This document shows positions 38,384 through 56,894 of a stretch of DNA of 64,000 bases, piece by piece. The DNA is from Octopus sinensis (lineage: Eukaryota). The stretch covers positions 27,032,001 through 27,096,000 of the forward strand of contig NC_042999.1 in NCBI RefSeq assembly GCF_006345805.1, written 5' to 3'. Numbering within the stretch: position 1 is the stretch's first letter; every line of letters starts with the position of its first letter. The position numbers and the translations under genes are program-made. A model generated the notes under the pieces. That model saw only the letters and a list, made by a program, of their open reading frames with translations, had not been told where the DNA came from and searched no databases.

Positions 38384-38544
38384 TTGCTAATAAATAGAGA
38401 ATGGCTCTCTTTATTAAAATGAATATGAAACGATTGAACAATATTTCGACATTCCGCGTGTCTATAATGAGTTCAAATTAAAAAACGAAATTAACAAAAT
38501 TAAACCGGAATAACTGTGTTTCTTTCCAAGTAAAACGGCGTTAT

Positions 38545-38550
38545 TATTAA

Positions 38551-38593
<43 letters not shown>

Positions 38594-39052
38594 GAGTGAG
38601 AGAGCAGTTCATGCCATCAAAGTGACACTGGGGTAAAATATACGAAGCCCAATATACCCATCATGACTACCCGTCTGATAAGGGTACACCAGGCACATGC
38701 ATCACAACCATATGTGCGCGACATGGTGATCTCATATCAAGATAAACAGCACATGACATTGCAGGTGGGGCCCAGTTAGAAATTTCTTCAGATTGAGTAG
38801 CCCATCCCGCTCAAAAGCTCCCTGAATAAGGCTTGTTTAAGGATGTTGAAAGAACCACCCATGTTTCCAGAGGTGAATTATTCAAACCCCAAAGAATCCC
38901 TCTCAACACATGGCTATGATGCTCCCCCACAACTTCTGCTCGTGATCAGAGATGCACATATCGTCAGCCACTATGGGACATGCTCAACTGGTTTAGGTCA
39001 AACACAGACAAGCAAATCTGTGGTATTGAGCAGAATATTTGCTGTAGCCCAT
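38545..39052 (-). mobile_element. Non-coding retroposon with (AAT)n tail (unclassified)
   Basis: Ends ACTGCTCTCTCACTC(AAT)n on the minus strand; a second short 3' fragment at ~56735-56800; no ORF. Confidence 0.55.
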
Positions 39053-39511
39053 CGAAGAAGAAGAAGAAAAAGAAGAAGAAGAAGAATGATAGGAGTTATT
39101 GAATATATATGAAAGTCTGTTCAATAAAGAATGATACTGTGGCGTATATGAAAGATAGCACTATTGAATGATTTGTTAGTAGAAAACAATTTCATATGCG
39201 AGAAGACATCATACATTGTTGAGTGGTTTTTGCGTCAGGCGAGATAAAATCACTCTCTAGCATTGAATAAAATATAAATTATAAAAGAAAATGTAAATTA
39301 TATCTCATGTAAATATACGTTAAATTCCTCAAAAATACACTCATGCAAATGTATATATTATTAACATCGGTAAAACTAACTCCAACAATTCTCTTTCCTT
39401 AAGTATGTTGCTAATCGATTTGATGAATAATTCAAGGGAACCGTGTATAAATTTCATTTGCACAATCACAATGTCTGTGAGATTGAGATTTGGTCTTGGC
39501 ATTGGATTATA

Positions 39512-44350
<4,839 letters not shown>

Positions 44351-44375
44351 GCAACTCTTATTCTCTATTTCATTT

Positions 44376-44406
<31 letters not shown>

Positions 44407-45500
44407 CTTTCTCTCTCTTTTTCTTCCTATTTATATGTATATGTAGGTTAAAGTATTGAGGAAAGGATAACAATTAGTTAAATCAGGACACGGATATTTG
44501 ATTTGATTTAATTCAATCTAAAAATTTAGCTAAATAGTGAATGGTAAAAATAGTCCAAACTGGTAATAGTAGTCTCTAACAGCTGTTTCTGCGATATCTC
44601 AGCTAATGGAGAATTGTATAGAATGAAGAGTCTTTAAGCTGGATATTCCATCATCGGATAAATATAGGTTAGACTTTGAGAGAATGTTCCTCATCAATGA
44701 TATTTGTTATGATTCATATTGTCCAGGAGGGTAAGAGTGTCTAATTAAATCCAGTTGGATCGGTCTTCTTTAGATAAACCAGACAGAGTGGTTAAATGGT
44801 ACCGCTAATTAAGAACAGGGAAAAAGTGTTTTGCAGTAGTCTATAACGAGAGGATATGAAAGTGAATGCTAGCAGATCCAGCGTTGTTCATGGAATAAAG
44901 ATACATTCTGATGAGGGTAAAGATAAATAGGTAAAAGATATGTATTGGGTATATATTGAAGGGTGTGAGTGTTAGCAGTTCCAAAGTTATAAGGATAATG
45001 AGAGACTGAATACGTAATATATTCTGATGTGAGAGAAAAAAGATACATAGGTGAAAGCATTGTATTACATATATAATGCTCAGTACATCAGAGGTTATTC
45101 AGTTCTGAGAGAAGGGAGAAGAATAAATAATACAGTCTGATATGAGAAATATATGAAAAAGAATCTAATTCCAAATCTATAATTTTAATTAAACTACGAA
45201 TATACAAATATAGCTTTATAATACATTATAATATTTGTAAATAGTATCCTTATACTAGACAATTAAATTATATATAATATATAATATAATACTAAATTTA
45301 TTTAGTAGTATTATAAATAGCCATATTAATATACTAATTTAAACTCACTAATCGGTCGGTTCAAATATAAAATTTCCTTCAAAAATGTGCATCACGTTAT
45401 AAATATGGGTAAAGATCACAAGGAAAATTGCGTTCTCGCCATCATCCATATATACATACACACGCACACCACACACACACATACACACACACACACACAC

Positions 45501-45552
<52 letters not shown>

Positions 45553-45924
45553 ATATATATACGTACACACACATATACACACAGGCACACACACACACAT
45601 TAATTATGCGTATCGATAAATTTTTGGGTTTCTTACCAATTCATTTACGTGGTAATTTATATATTTCAGAATTATTAACGATCCATTAAGCAACATGTAA
45701 TGTGAATTCAAATATATATATAGAGATTCACACATATGTATATTATATATATATATACAAACACACCGGGGCACACATTTACACATACATATATACATAT
45801 ACACACCATACACACATGTACATATGACACCTCACACACATACGCACACATATTACACATGCACAGACACACAGGCAGATAGATACATACATATTCGATA
45901 CATGATATATATATATATATAATA

Positions 45925-48751
45925 TAAATTATTAGAGAGTCATCCACTATGTGGATAACTCTAGTGCTAAAAATAGCTCCGAAGCAACCACAGAAGATCC
46001 GTTTCCAACTAGAATCAACACACTTTAACTGAAGGAAAGTGAAATACAACGAATAAAATAGATTGACTCTATACAATTGTTTCATTACTATGCAATATGT
46101 ATTTTACTTACACTTGCATCTATAAATCTTCGGTAGAGTTTGTCAGAAATGCAATTAATTAGATCGATTCGGGCGTCAAAAACACGAGCGGTCCAACCAA
46201 TTACATTTTTAGTTATGCTCAAATTCCGCGCGCCAAAAGCATGCCTAGACTCCATTGGAAACGTATGCCGCATCAAATAAAATATTGACTGCCGCGTAGT
46301 TAAATTTATAAAATTATAATGAGGGTGAAAAATCGATATTAATTAATAATACCGTCAATTTAACACCAAGTGGCTTAGCACAAAAAACCTACGGGAGGAA
46401 ATACAAATTTATACATAAATTATTAGAGAGTCATCCACTATGTGGATACTCTATGCTAAAATAGCTCCGAAGCAACCACAGAAGATCCGTTTCCAACTAG
46501 AATCAACACACATTAACTGAAGGAAAGTGAAATACAACGAATAAAATAGATTGACTCTATACAAGTTGTCATTACTAATGCAATATGTAGTTTTACTTAC
46601 ACTTGCATCTATAAATCTTCGGTAGAGTTTGTCAGAAATGCAATAATTAGATCGATTCGGGCGTCAAAAACACGAGCGGTCCAACCAATTACATTTTTAG
46701 TTATGTCTCAAATTCCGCGCCAAAAGCATGCCTAGACTCCATTGGAAACGTATGCCGATCAAATAAAATATTGACTGCCGCGTAGTTAAATTTATAAAAT
46801 TATAAATGAGGGTTGAAAATCGATATTAATTTAATAATACCGTCAAATTAACACAAGTGGCTTAGCACAAAAAACTACGGAGGAAATACAAATTTATACT
46901 AAATTATTAGAGAGTCATCCACTATGTGGATAACTCTAGTGCTAAAAATAGCTCGAAGCAACCACAGAAGATCCGTTTCCAACTAGAATCAACACACATT
47001 TAAATGAAGGAAAGTGAAATACAACGATAAAATAGATTGACTCTATACAATTGTTTCATTACTAATGCAATATGTAGTTTTACTTACACTTGCATCTATA
47101 AATCTTCGGTAGAGTTTGTCAGAAATGCAATTAATTAGATCGATTCGGGCGTCAAAAACACGAGCGGTCCAACCAATTACATTTTTAGGTTATGTCTCAA
47201 ATTCCGCGCCAAAAGCATGCTTAGACTCCATTGGAAACGTATGCCGCCACAATAAAATATTGACTGCCGCGTAGTTAAATTATAAAAATTATAAATGAGG
47301 GTGAAAAATCGATATTACCGCTCGTGTTTTTGACGCCCGAATCGATCTAATTAATTGCATTCTGACAAACTCTACCGAAGATTTATAGATGCAAGTGTAA
47401 GTAAAACTACATATTGCATTAGTAATGAAACAATTGTATAGAGTCAATCTATTTTATTCGTTGTATTTCACTTCCTTCAGTTAGTTAAATGTGTGTGATT
47501 CTAGTTGGAAACGGATTTCTGTGGTTGCTTCGGAGCTATTTTTAGCACTAGGTTATCCACATAGTGGAGACTCTCTAATAATTTATGTATAAATTTTATT
47601 TCCTCCGTAGTTTTTTGTGCTAAGCCACTTGGTGTTAAATTGACGGTATTATTAAATTAATATCGATTTTCACCCTCATTTATAATTTTATAAATTTAAC
47701 TACGCGGCAGTCAATATTTTATTTGATGCGGCATACGTTTCCAATGGAGTCTAGGCATGCTTTTGGCGCGGAATTTGAGACATAACTAAAAATGTAATTG
47801 TTGGACCGCTCGTGTTTTTGACGCCCGAATCGATCTAATTAATTGCATTTCTGACAAACTCTACCGAAGTTTATAGATGCAAGTGTAAGTAAAACTACCT
47901 ATTGCATTAGTAATGAAACAATTGTATAGAGTCAATCTATTTTATTCGTTGTATTTCACTTCCTTCAGTTAAAGGTGTGTTGATTCTAGTTGGAAACGGA
48001 TCTTCTGTGGTTCTTCGGAGCTATTTTTAGGCACTAGAGTTATCCACATAGTGGATGACTCTCTAATAATTTATGTATAAATTGTATTTCCTCCGTAGTT
48101 TTTTTTGCTAAGCCACTTGGTGTTAAATTGACGGTATTATTAATTAATATCGATTTTTCCCCTCATTTATAATTTTATAAATTTAACTACGCGGCAGTCA
48201 ATATTTTATTTGATGCGGCATACGTTTCCATGGAGTCTAGGCATGCTTTTGGCGCGGAATTTGAGACATAACTAAAAATGTAATTGGTTGGACCGCTCGT
48301 GTTTTTGACGCCCGAATCGATCTAATTAATTGCATTCTGACAAACTCTACCGAAGATTTATAGATGCAAGTGTAAGTAAAACTACATATTGCATTAGTAA
48401 TGAAACATATTGTATAGAGTCAATCTATTTTATTCGTTGTATTTCACTTTCCTTCAGTTAAAGGTGTTGTTTGATCTAGTTGGAAACGGATCTTCTGTGG
48501 TTGCTCGGAGCTATTTTTAGCACTAGAGTTATCCACATAGTGGTGACTCTCTAAAATTTATGTATAAATTTGGTATTTCCTCCGTATTTTTTGTGCTAAG
48601 CCACTTGGTGTTAAATTGACGGTATTATAAATTAATATCGATTTTTCACCCTCATTTATAATAATATTATATATTATATATATATATATTTATATGATAG
48701 TGTATATTTATATAAATATATGAAAAATATATAATATAACAATATATAATT

Positions 48752-48795
<44 letters not shown>

Positions 48796-50935
48796 ATATA
48801 TATACGTACACACACATATACACACAGGCACACACACACACATTAATTATGCGTATCGATAAATTTTTGGGTTTCTTACCAATTCATTTACGTGGTAATT
48901 TATATTTCAGAATTAATTAACGATCCATTAAGCAACATGTATGTGAATTCAAATATATATATAGAGATTCACACATATGTATATATATATATATATATAC
49001 AAACACACAGGGGCACACATTTACACATACATATATAGACATATACACACACATACACACATGTACATATAGACACCTCACACACATACGCACACATATA
49101 TACACATGCACAGACACACAGGCAGATAGATACATACATATTCGATACATGATATATATATATATATATATAAATTATTAGAGAGTCATCCACTATGTGG
49201 ATAACTCTAGTGCTAAAAATAGCTCCGAAGCAACCACAGAAGATCCGTTTCCAACTAGAATCAACACACCTTTAACTGAAGGAAAGTGAAATACAACGAA
49301 TAAAATAGATTGACTCTATACAATTGTTTCATTACTAATGCAATAGGTAGTTTTACTTACACTTGCATCTATAAATCTTCGGTAGAGTTTGTCAGAAATG
49401 CAATTAATTAGATCGATTCGGGCGTCAAAAACACGAGCGGTCCAACCATACATTTTTAGTTATGTCTCAAATTCCGCGCCAAAAGCATGCCTAGACTCCA
49501 TTGGAAACGTATGCCGCATCAAATAAAATATTGACTGCCGCGTAGTTAAATTTATAAAATTATAAATGAGGGTGAAAAATCGATATTAATTTAATAATAA
49601 CCGTCAATTTAACACCAAGTGGCTTAGCACAAAAAACTACGGAGGAAATACAATTTATACATAAATTATTAGAGAGTCATCCACTATGTGGATAACTCTA
49701 GTGCAAAAATAGCTCCGAAGCAACCACAGAAGATCCGTTTCCAACTAGAATCAACACCATTTAACTGAGGAAAGTGAAATACAACGATAAAAATAGATTG
49801 ACTCTATACAATTGTTTCATTACTAATGCAATATGTAGTTTTACTTACACTTGCATCTATAAATCTTCGGTAGAGTTTGTCAGAAATGCAATTAATTTGA
49901 TCGATCGGGCGTCAAAAACACAGCGGTCCAACCAAGTACCTTTTTTAGTTTGTCTCAAATTCCGCGCCAAAAGCATGCCTAGAACTCCATTGGAAACGTA
50001 TGCCGCATCAAATAAAATATTGACTGCCGCGTAGTTAAATTTATAAAATTATAAATGAGGGTGAAAAATCGATATTACCGCTCGGTTTTTTGACGCCCGA
50101 ATCGATCTAATTAATTGCATTTCTGACAACTCTACCGAAGATTTATAGATGCAAGTGTAAGTAAAACTACATATTGCATTAGTAATGAAACAATTGTATA
50201 GAGTCAATCTATTTTATTCGTTGTATTTCACTTTCCTTAGTTAAATGTGTGGTTGATTCTAGTTGGAAACGGATCTTCTGTGGTTCTTCGGAGCTATTTT
50301 TAGGCACTAGAGTTATCCACATAGTGGATGACTCTCTAATAATTTATGTATAAATTGTATTTCCTCCGTAGTTTTTTTTGCTAAGCCACTTGGTGTTAAA
50401 TTGACGGTATTATTAATTAATATCGATTTTTCCCCTCATTTATAATTTTATAAATTTAACTACGCGGCAGTCAATATTTTATTTGATGCGGCATACGTTT
50501 CCATGGAGTCTAGGCATGCTTTTGGCGCGGAATTTGAGACATAACTAAAAATGTAATTGGTTGGACCGCTCGTGTTTTTGACGCCCGAATCGATCTAATT
50601 AATTGCATTCTGACAAACTCTACCGAAGATTTATAGATGCAAGTGTAAGTAAAACTACATATTGCATTAGTAATGAAACATATTGTATAGAGTCAATCTA
50701 TTTTATTCGTTGTATTTCACTTTCCTTCAGTTAAAGGTGTTGTTTGATCTAGTTGGAAACGGATCTTCTGTGGTTGCTCGGAGCTATTTTTAGCACTAGA
50801 GTTATCCACATAGTGGTGACTCTCTAAAATTTATGTATAAATTTGGTATTTCCTCCGTATTTTTTGTGCTAAGCCACTTGGTGTTAAATTGACGGTATTA
50901 TAAATTAATATCGATTTTTCACCCTCATTTATAAT
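45925..50935. repeat. ~490-bp monomer tandem/inverted array (retrozyme-like family 2), present as two blocks
   Basis: Forward units start at 45925, 46416 and 46900; inversion junction 47317/47318; reverse units to 48660; after a 370-bp spacer copied from 45560-45925, forward units from ~49170, the same junction at 50077/50078, reverse units to ~50933. Confidence 0.95.
47369..47444 (+). ncRNA. Type I hammerhead-like ribozyme, U4C core variant (one of ~10 copies)
   Basis: ACTCTA-CCGAAGA-T-TTAT..[ATGCAA..TTGCAT]..GTAA-T-GAAA-CAATTG-TA|TAGAGT: 6-bp stem I, palindromic stem III ACAATTGT, GUA site after 47438. Confidence 0.65.
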
Positions 50936-51288
50936 AATATTATATATTATATATATATATATTTATATGATAGTGTATATTTATATAAATATATGAAAAA
51001 TAGATATAATAACAATATATAATTAACATATATATTATTATATACACACAATATATCTTACACATAAACACATCTACACTCCATCACATATATACACTAA
51101 TATATGTATATATATTATATATATATATATATAGAATATATATATATATACATATCATTTACACCATATATATGTAAGTATACATTTACCTAAATATATA
51201 AAAATAAAATCAGCAACAAAATAATGAACCTATAATTATTTATTCTTTCATATATATATATACACACACACACCACATATATACATAC

Positions 51289-51339
<51 letters not shown>

Positions 51340-51617
51340 CTACATACTTCCCCATATGAAATCAAATAAATAGATATAAAGAAGCTTATAAAAATAAATA
51401 GTAGATAAGTATTTATATAACTCTTATGCCTTCCAATTAAAATTTAATGGTTATTTAATTAAAATAATTATAGCTAATATATATACTTATAGCCAATATA
51501 AAATTATCTTTTAATACAATTTAAATAAAAGTTAGTGTAAGTTAGCCTTCTGACAATAATTTAATAGATTAATATATCATCACTAATCAATTTCCAAAGT
51601 TATAATCCTTTCTTCAG

Positions 51618-51805
51618 TAGACACAAAGGCCTGATATTTTGGGTGAGTGGGTAAAGTATATCACATAAACTTACTTTATCGACCTCGAAAGGATGAAATG
51701 CAATGTCGACCTCTGCAGAATTTGCGCTCAGAACTTAGCTGCATCCAAATATCGGAAAGCATATCACCCGTCACACTAACGACCCTGCCATTCTGCCGTC
51801 TCAAA
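51618..51805 (-). mobile_element. Degenerate tRNA-derived SINE
   Basis: TTTCATCCTTTCGAGGTCGATAAAGTAAGT core on the minus strand. Confidence 0.7.
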
Positions 51806-52269
51806 TTACTATATAATAATATACACATACAGACACACAAGCACACACACACACACCACACCCGCACACACACACACACACACACACACACCACACACAC
51901 ACACACACACCACATTATATATATATATTATAGATATATATATATATATATATAAGCACACACACTTTTATGTATGTTTGTTTGCATGTATATACACCTG
52001 CATGCACGTAGGTATATATGTTATTTTTCAGTTTCATTTCAAGATATCGTTCCAATTGGGAAAGAGCCGGATTCTAACTTAGATCCAAGACTAATTAAAC
52101 AGCACGAACAAGGTTTCTTCTCCTGAATGTTTGCATATATGCAGGTTTTAGATCGCATGAGCAGATTTGTATGTTCTGCAACATTTACGTATTGTCATGT
52201 AGATTGTTGCATGTCCAGACGTGCAGATACGCTTAAAAGATAAACTTCAGGAACGTTTTATGCATGTAT

Positions 52270-52722
52270 GTATGTATGTATGTACATATGTATTTATGTC
52301 TTTCAAACTTTATCTCTCGTCACCTCGCTATTTGACAGTAGATGTCACCTTCTTATTTGATTATCGAATGACCAGGGATACACCTAAGTTTACCGTCTGG
52401 GGTAGAAGCCTGAGCGGAAAGTCACTTCTATGGCGAACGCATAACCTAGGTTTTGTCTTATGGAAGACCAACAGTCGCCCATTCATACCAGCCTCCTCTC
52501 TCCACGCCAACGATGTTATCAAAGGAAAAGGCATAGGCCGATATAGCTTGGCGCCAGTGATATCGAAACCTTTTTCTGCAGCGGAGTGAAGTCCAGCAAC
52601 GTAAAATAAAGTGTCTTGCTCAAGAGCACAACACGACACGCAGCTCTGTCCGGAAAACGAACTAACAACCTCACGATCGTAACCTCGACGCTCTAAACAC
52701 TGAGCCATATGCCTTCACATTA
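52270..52722 (-). mobile_element. CORE-type tRNA SINE
   Basis: Head GTGAAGGCATATGGCTCAGTGTTTAGAGC, then TTGTGCTCTTGAGCAAGACAC CORE-like segment. Confidence 0.75.
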
Positions 52723-53624
52723 ATATACTACACATACTTATATATATAACACATATATATGAGCGCACGCGTGCGCGTGTGTGTGTGTGCGTGTGTATGT
52801 GTTTGTGTGTGTGTATAATGTAAAATATATATATAATTATCTACAGGCTTACGCTTATATGTCGCCTCAGAAAGACACTGATTGCTAACACCTATCATTT
52901 AATCCTTGCTCACACGTTCATGTATTTTTCGCATATGATTTTATATACATTCAAACACGTGCATCATTTTTTTTTTTGCAGGAGCCTCTTTCTTCTATAT
53001 TCTCTTACTCAAACTCTGTTCTACTCTTTCTATCTTTAATATGTTCCTACCTTTCTGTATCAAATACTATTTACATCTACATATATTGAACATATTTTGC
53101 ATTGTGTATCTGACTTTCAACTGACGTTTAATCTCGCTGTCACACTGAATCGTACGGAACGGTTTATGTTAAATTGCATTGTATGCATTTCTGTATATGT
53201 GTGTTTGTGTGTTTATGTATAGATATAAATATATTTATTTAACTATCAGTACGCCTTAAGTAAGCGTCAACATACCGTTGTATGTATGACGGATGGGAAA
53301 CTGTGACAAGTATTATATTATCGACAATTATATTATGTCTACATCATATACTTAGACAAATGCGTACTTCACATACACACATACATAAATAAATACATAG
53401 GCAAACACATATGTACATACATATATACACAAACAAATGCATAAAATTCACATATAACAGGTGTCCCAAAATGTGCGGGGTGCATTCAAAAAGGATCTGA
53501 ATTTTATTGTTTCCTTCCAAAGGGGCAAAATACTTACGGTGAGAAGTGACGCTACTTCTTCTGCGCATGCGTAAAAATTTTCTATAGTACAGACGTGTAG
53601 TGTACATACATTTATTTTCTGCTA

Positions 53625-53752
53625 TCATCATCATCATCATCATCATCATCATGACCATCATGACCATCATCATCATCATTATCATCACCATCATCATCAC
53701 CATCATCATCATCATCATCATCACCATCGTCATCATCATCACCATCGTCATT

Positions 53753-53783
<31 letters not shown>

Positions 53784-53820
53784 CCATCATCACCATCATC
53801 ACCATCATCACCATCATCAA

Positions 53821-53880
<60 letters not shown>

Positions 53881-53963
53881 CATCAGTATTATCATTATTA
53901 TTATCAGTATTATTATTATTGTTATTATTATTATTATTATTATTATCATTATTATTATTATTA

Positions 53964-54027
<64 letters not shown>

Positions 54028-54028
54028 T
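53625..54028. repeat. (CAT)n grading into (TAT)n trinucleotide repeat
   Basis: Directly visible. Confidence 0.95.
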
Positions 54029-54091
54029 TATGCACAAAAACATGTAATTTGCTTCCTTAGAATTCTACTTTATACACCATAATGTTGAGAA

Positions 54092-55659
54092 TGATTTAAT
54101 CACCTCAGATCCTGTGGCAAAACAGAAAAAAAGGCAACAATACTAAAATGCTGACAAGCAGTCAAGCTTGCATCAATGATTTAAAGTAAATTTGTAAAAT
54201 TAACGTTTTATTCTTTTTCTCAATTATTGCATCTTCAGAGATTCTAGCGAATTGTCAATTGGTTCTTGGTTCCGAATGAAACGTTCAGTCCCAGGTGGCT
54301 CGATTCTTAATTATCAATTATACTTTGATTTGCATCTATGACACATTATAAGTTTATTTTTCATAGAAAGAAGCGTTTCTGTGTTACCTGTTCAACGCTA
54401 CGTTTAGCAGAAATCTCATGGTGTGCACATAGGTTTCTCGAGGATGGAAACATGGTTATTAACCCCTTTAGCCTCAATGTATCGTCTCATCAGTGTACTA
54501 CTTACTGACAGCCATCATTTAATTCCTCTCTTCTACTTCATGGGTACGTTTCTCCTAAGTCCAAGATTCAACATTGACATTTTTATAGAATATATTTGCT
54601 TTTGAATTTTAAATTTTTTTTACCACAATAGTTCAATTTTTCCAAAACTCTATTATAATTTTTATACTATGTCTCTTCTTCATTTTATTTTAAAATGTTT
54701 ATCTGAGAAAAGAATAGACTAGCAGCAAAATATAGGAACAGACGTCATAACGATCTTAATTTATTGAGTCTGGAAACATACTTGATAAGATAAAAAGGAA
54801 GCTTTAAATTATCTCAGTTGAATTTANNNNNNNNNNNNNNNNNNNNNNNNNNNNNNNNNNNNNNNNNNNNNNNNNNNNNNNNNNNNNNNNNNNNNNNNNN
54901 NNNNNNNNNNNNNNNNNNNNNNNNNNTGATTTAATCACCTCAGATCCTGTGGCAAAACAGAAAAAAAGGCAACAATACTAAAATGCTGACAAGCAGTCAA
55001 GCTTGCATCAATGATTTAAAGTAAATTGTAAATTAACGTTTTATTCTTTTTTCTCATTATTGCATCTTCAGAGATTCTACGAATTGTCAATTGGTTCTTG
55101 TTCCGAATGAAACGTTCAGTCCAGGTGGCTCGATTCTTAATTATCAATTATACTTTGATTTGCATCTATGACACATTATAAGTTTATTTTTCATAGAAAG
55201 AAGCGTTTCTGTGTTACCTGTTCAACGCTACGTTTAGCAGAAATCTCATGGTGTGCACAGAGGTTTCTCGAGGATGGAAACATGGTTAAACCCCTTTAGC
55301 CTCAAATTTATCGTCTCATATTCAGTGTACTACTTACTGACAGCCATCATTTAATTCCTCTCTTCTACTTCATGGGTACGTTTCTCCTAAGTCCAAGATT
55401 CAACATTGACATTTTTATAGAATATATTTGCTTTGAATTTTAAAATTATTTTTACCAACATAGTTCAATTTTTTCCAAAACTCTATTATAATTTTTATAC
55501 TATTGTCTCTTCATTTTTATTTTAAAATTGTTATCTGAGAAAAGAATAGACTAGCAGGCAAAATATAGGAACAGACGTCATAACGATCTTAATTTATTGA
55601 GTCTGGAAACATACTTGATAAGATAAAAAGGAAGCTTTAAATTATCTCAGTTGAATTTA
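54092..55659. other. 100-N scaffold gap (54827-54926) flanked by a ~735-bp direct duplication
   Basis: 54092-54826 and 54927-55659 are the same sequence with scattered single-base indels and end exactly at the gap edges. Confidence 0.9.
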
Positions 55660-56817
55660 CAATTAAGGTTTAAAAGAAAATTTTGTTTTTACCTTCACTC
55701 AAATGCAAATGCATACTCAGACTTTTGATTCACACTACTCTTGTGAAGAACATTCTAAAAGGAATATCCAATATTTACTTCATATATAAAATATGAGGGA
55801 TGATGTGAAAGGATCGAACCAGAGTTATATAAAAGTAATCTCTCGTTAAAAATTTTAAAATGTCGACATTTAAGCATACAGAAATTGCAAGGTAAAATGA
55901 CCTGGATGCATTTTCACTTTCATAGTAACGGTAATATTTTGTGAAAAATAATAGATATGTAGGTTTTAGTGGGGTCTATTTTAACTCTTCTATAATGGAT
56001 GACCTACAAACCTAATTTTCAAAATGTGAACACCATTTAATATATATCTGTCTATCAAATTCAGTATAAATAACTATGATCTTAGACACCACACAAGAGG
56101 ATTCAATGGGAAAAAAGATAATTTAACATTATTAATACGCTACTAAAGCACATACAAGTCTTTCTTTCATATTTTCCTGATATTTTTATCCACCAGAGAC
56201 CAACCCAAAATGATGTTATTAAAATTAAAATTCCAAATTCAGTTTCAATATTCCGAAAATGTGCAAGTTCCGTGTCCGATTGTTATTGACTTACGGTTTA
56301 TTCTTTCCCTGATTTCTTTATTCATTATTATTATTCATCATTTATTGTTTTTGTTCAAGTGGCTTCTGTCAAGGTTAAATCGGATATACCGGTCAACCGT
56401 TCTACAGTGAAGATCTTGCCACTCTTTCATTGGACGAAATGGACAGGCATTTATCTGCTCTCCGGTGTTGTGGTGAAAGAGGATGAAATGTACATGAGAT
56501 TATAAGGAATGAGGACAGAAATATTATTCGGCCAACTGCTTGAAATATCACTTGGAGTGGAAGATGAGTGCGAAGAGAAGGTAATTTGAAATCTGCTTGT
56601 AGACCCGGAAAACATCTTCTTCTTCTTCTTTTTTTCTTTCTTTCTTCTTCTTCTTCTTCTTCTTTCTTTCTTCTTTCTTCTTCTTCTTATTATTATTATA
56701 TTATTATTATATTATTATATTAATTGTTATTATCATTGAGAGAGCAGCGCATGGTATGAAAGTGAAACCGAGGTAAAATTATACGAAACCAAATATGCCC
56801 ATTACTACTACTACTAT

Positions 56818-56856
<39 letters not shown>

Positions 56857-56894
56857 GACCACCGCCACCACCACCACCACCACTACCACTACTG

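Noticed and set aside
44450-45150. Possible LINE endonuclease relic on the minus strand
   Set aside because: Only an NDG-like patch could be read; not enough to call.
45925-50935. CRISPR-like or rDNA-like array
   Set aside because: Near-identical ~490-bp units, no unique spacers, no cas genes and no rRNA motifs; eukaryotic context.
53455-53610. Tc1/mariner terminal-repeat-like sequence (also ~55793)
   Set aside because: No matching second TIR or transposase found nearby.
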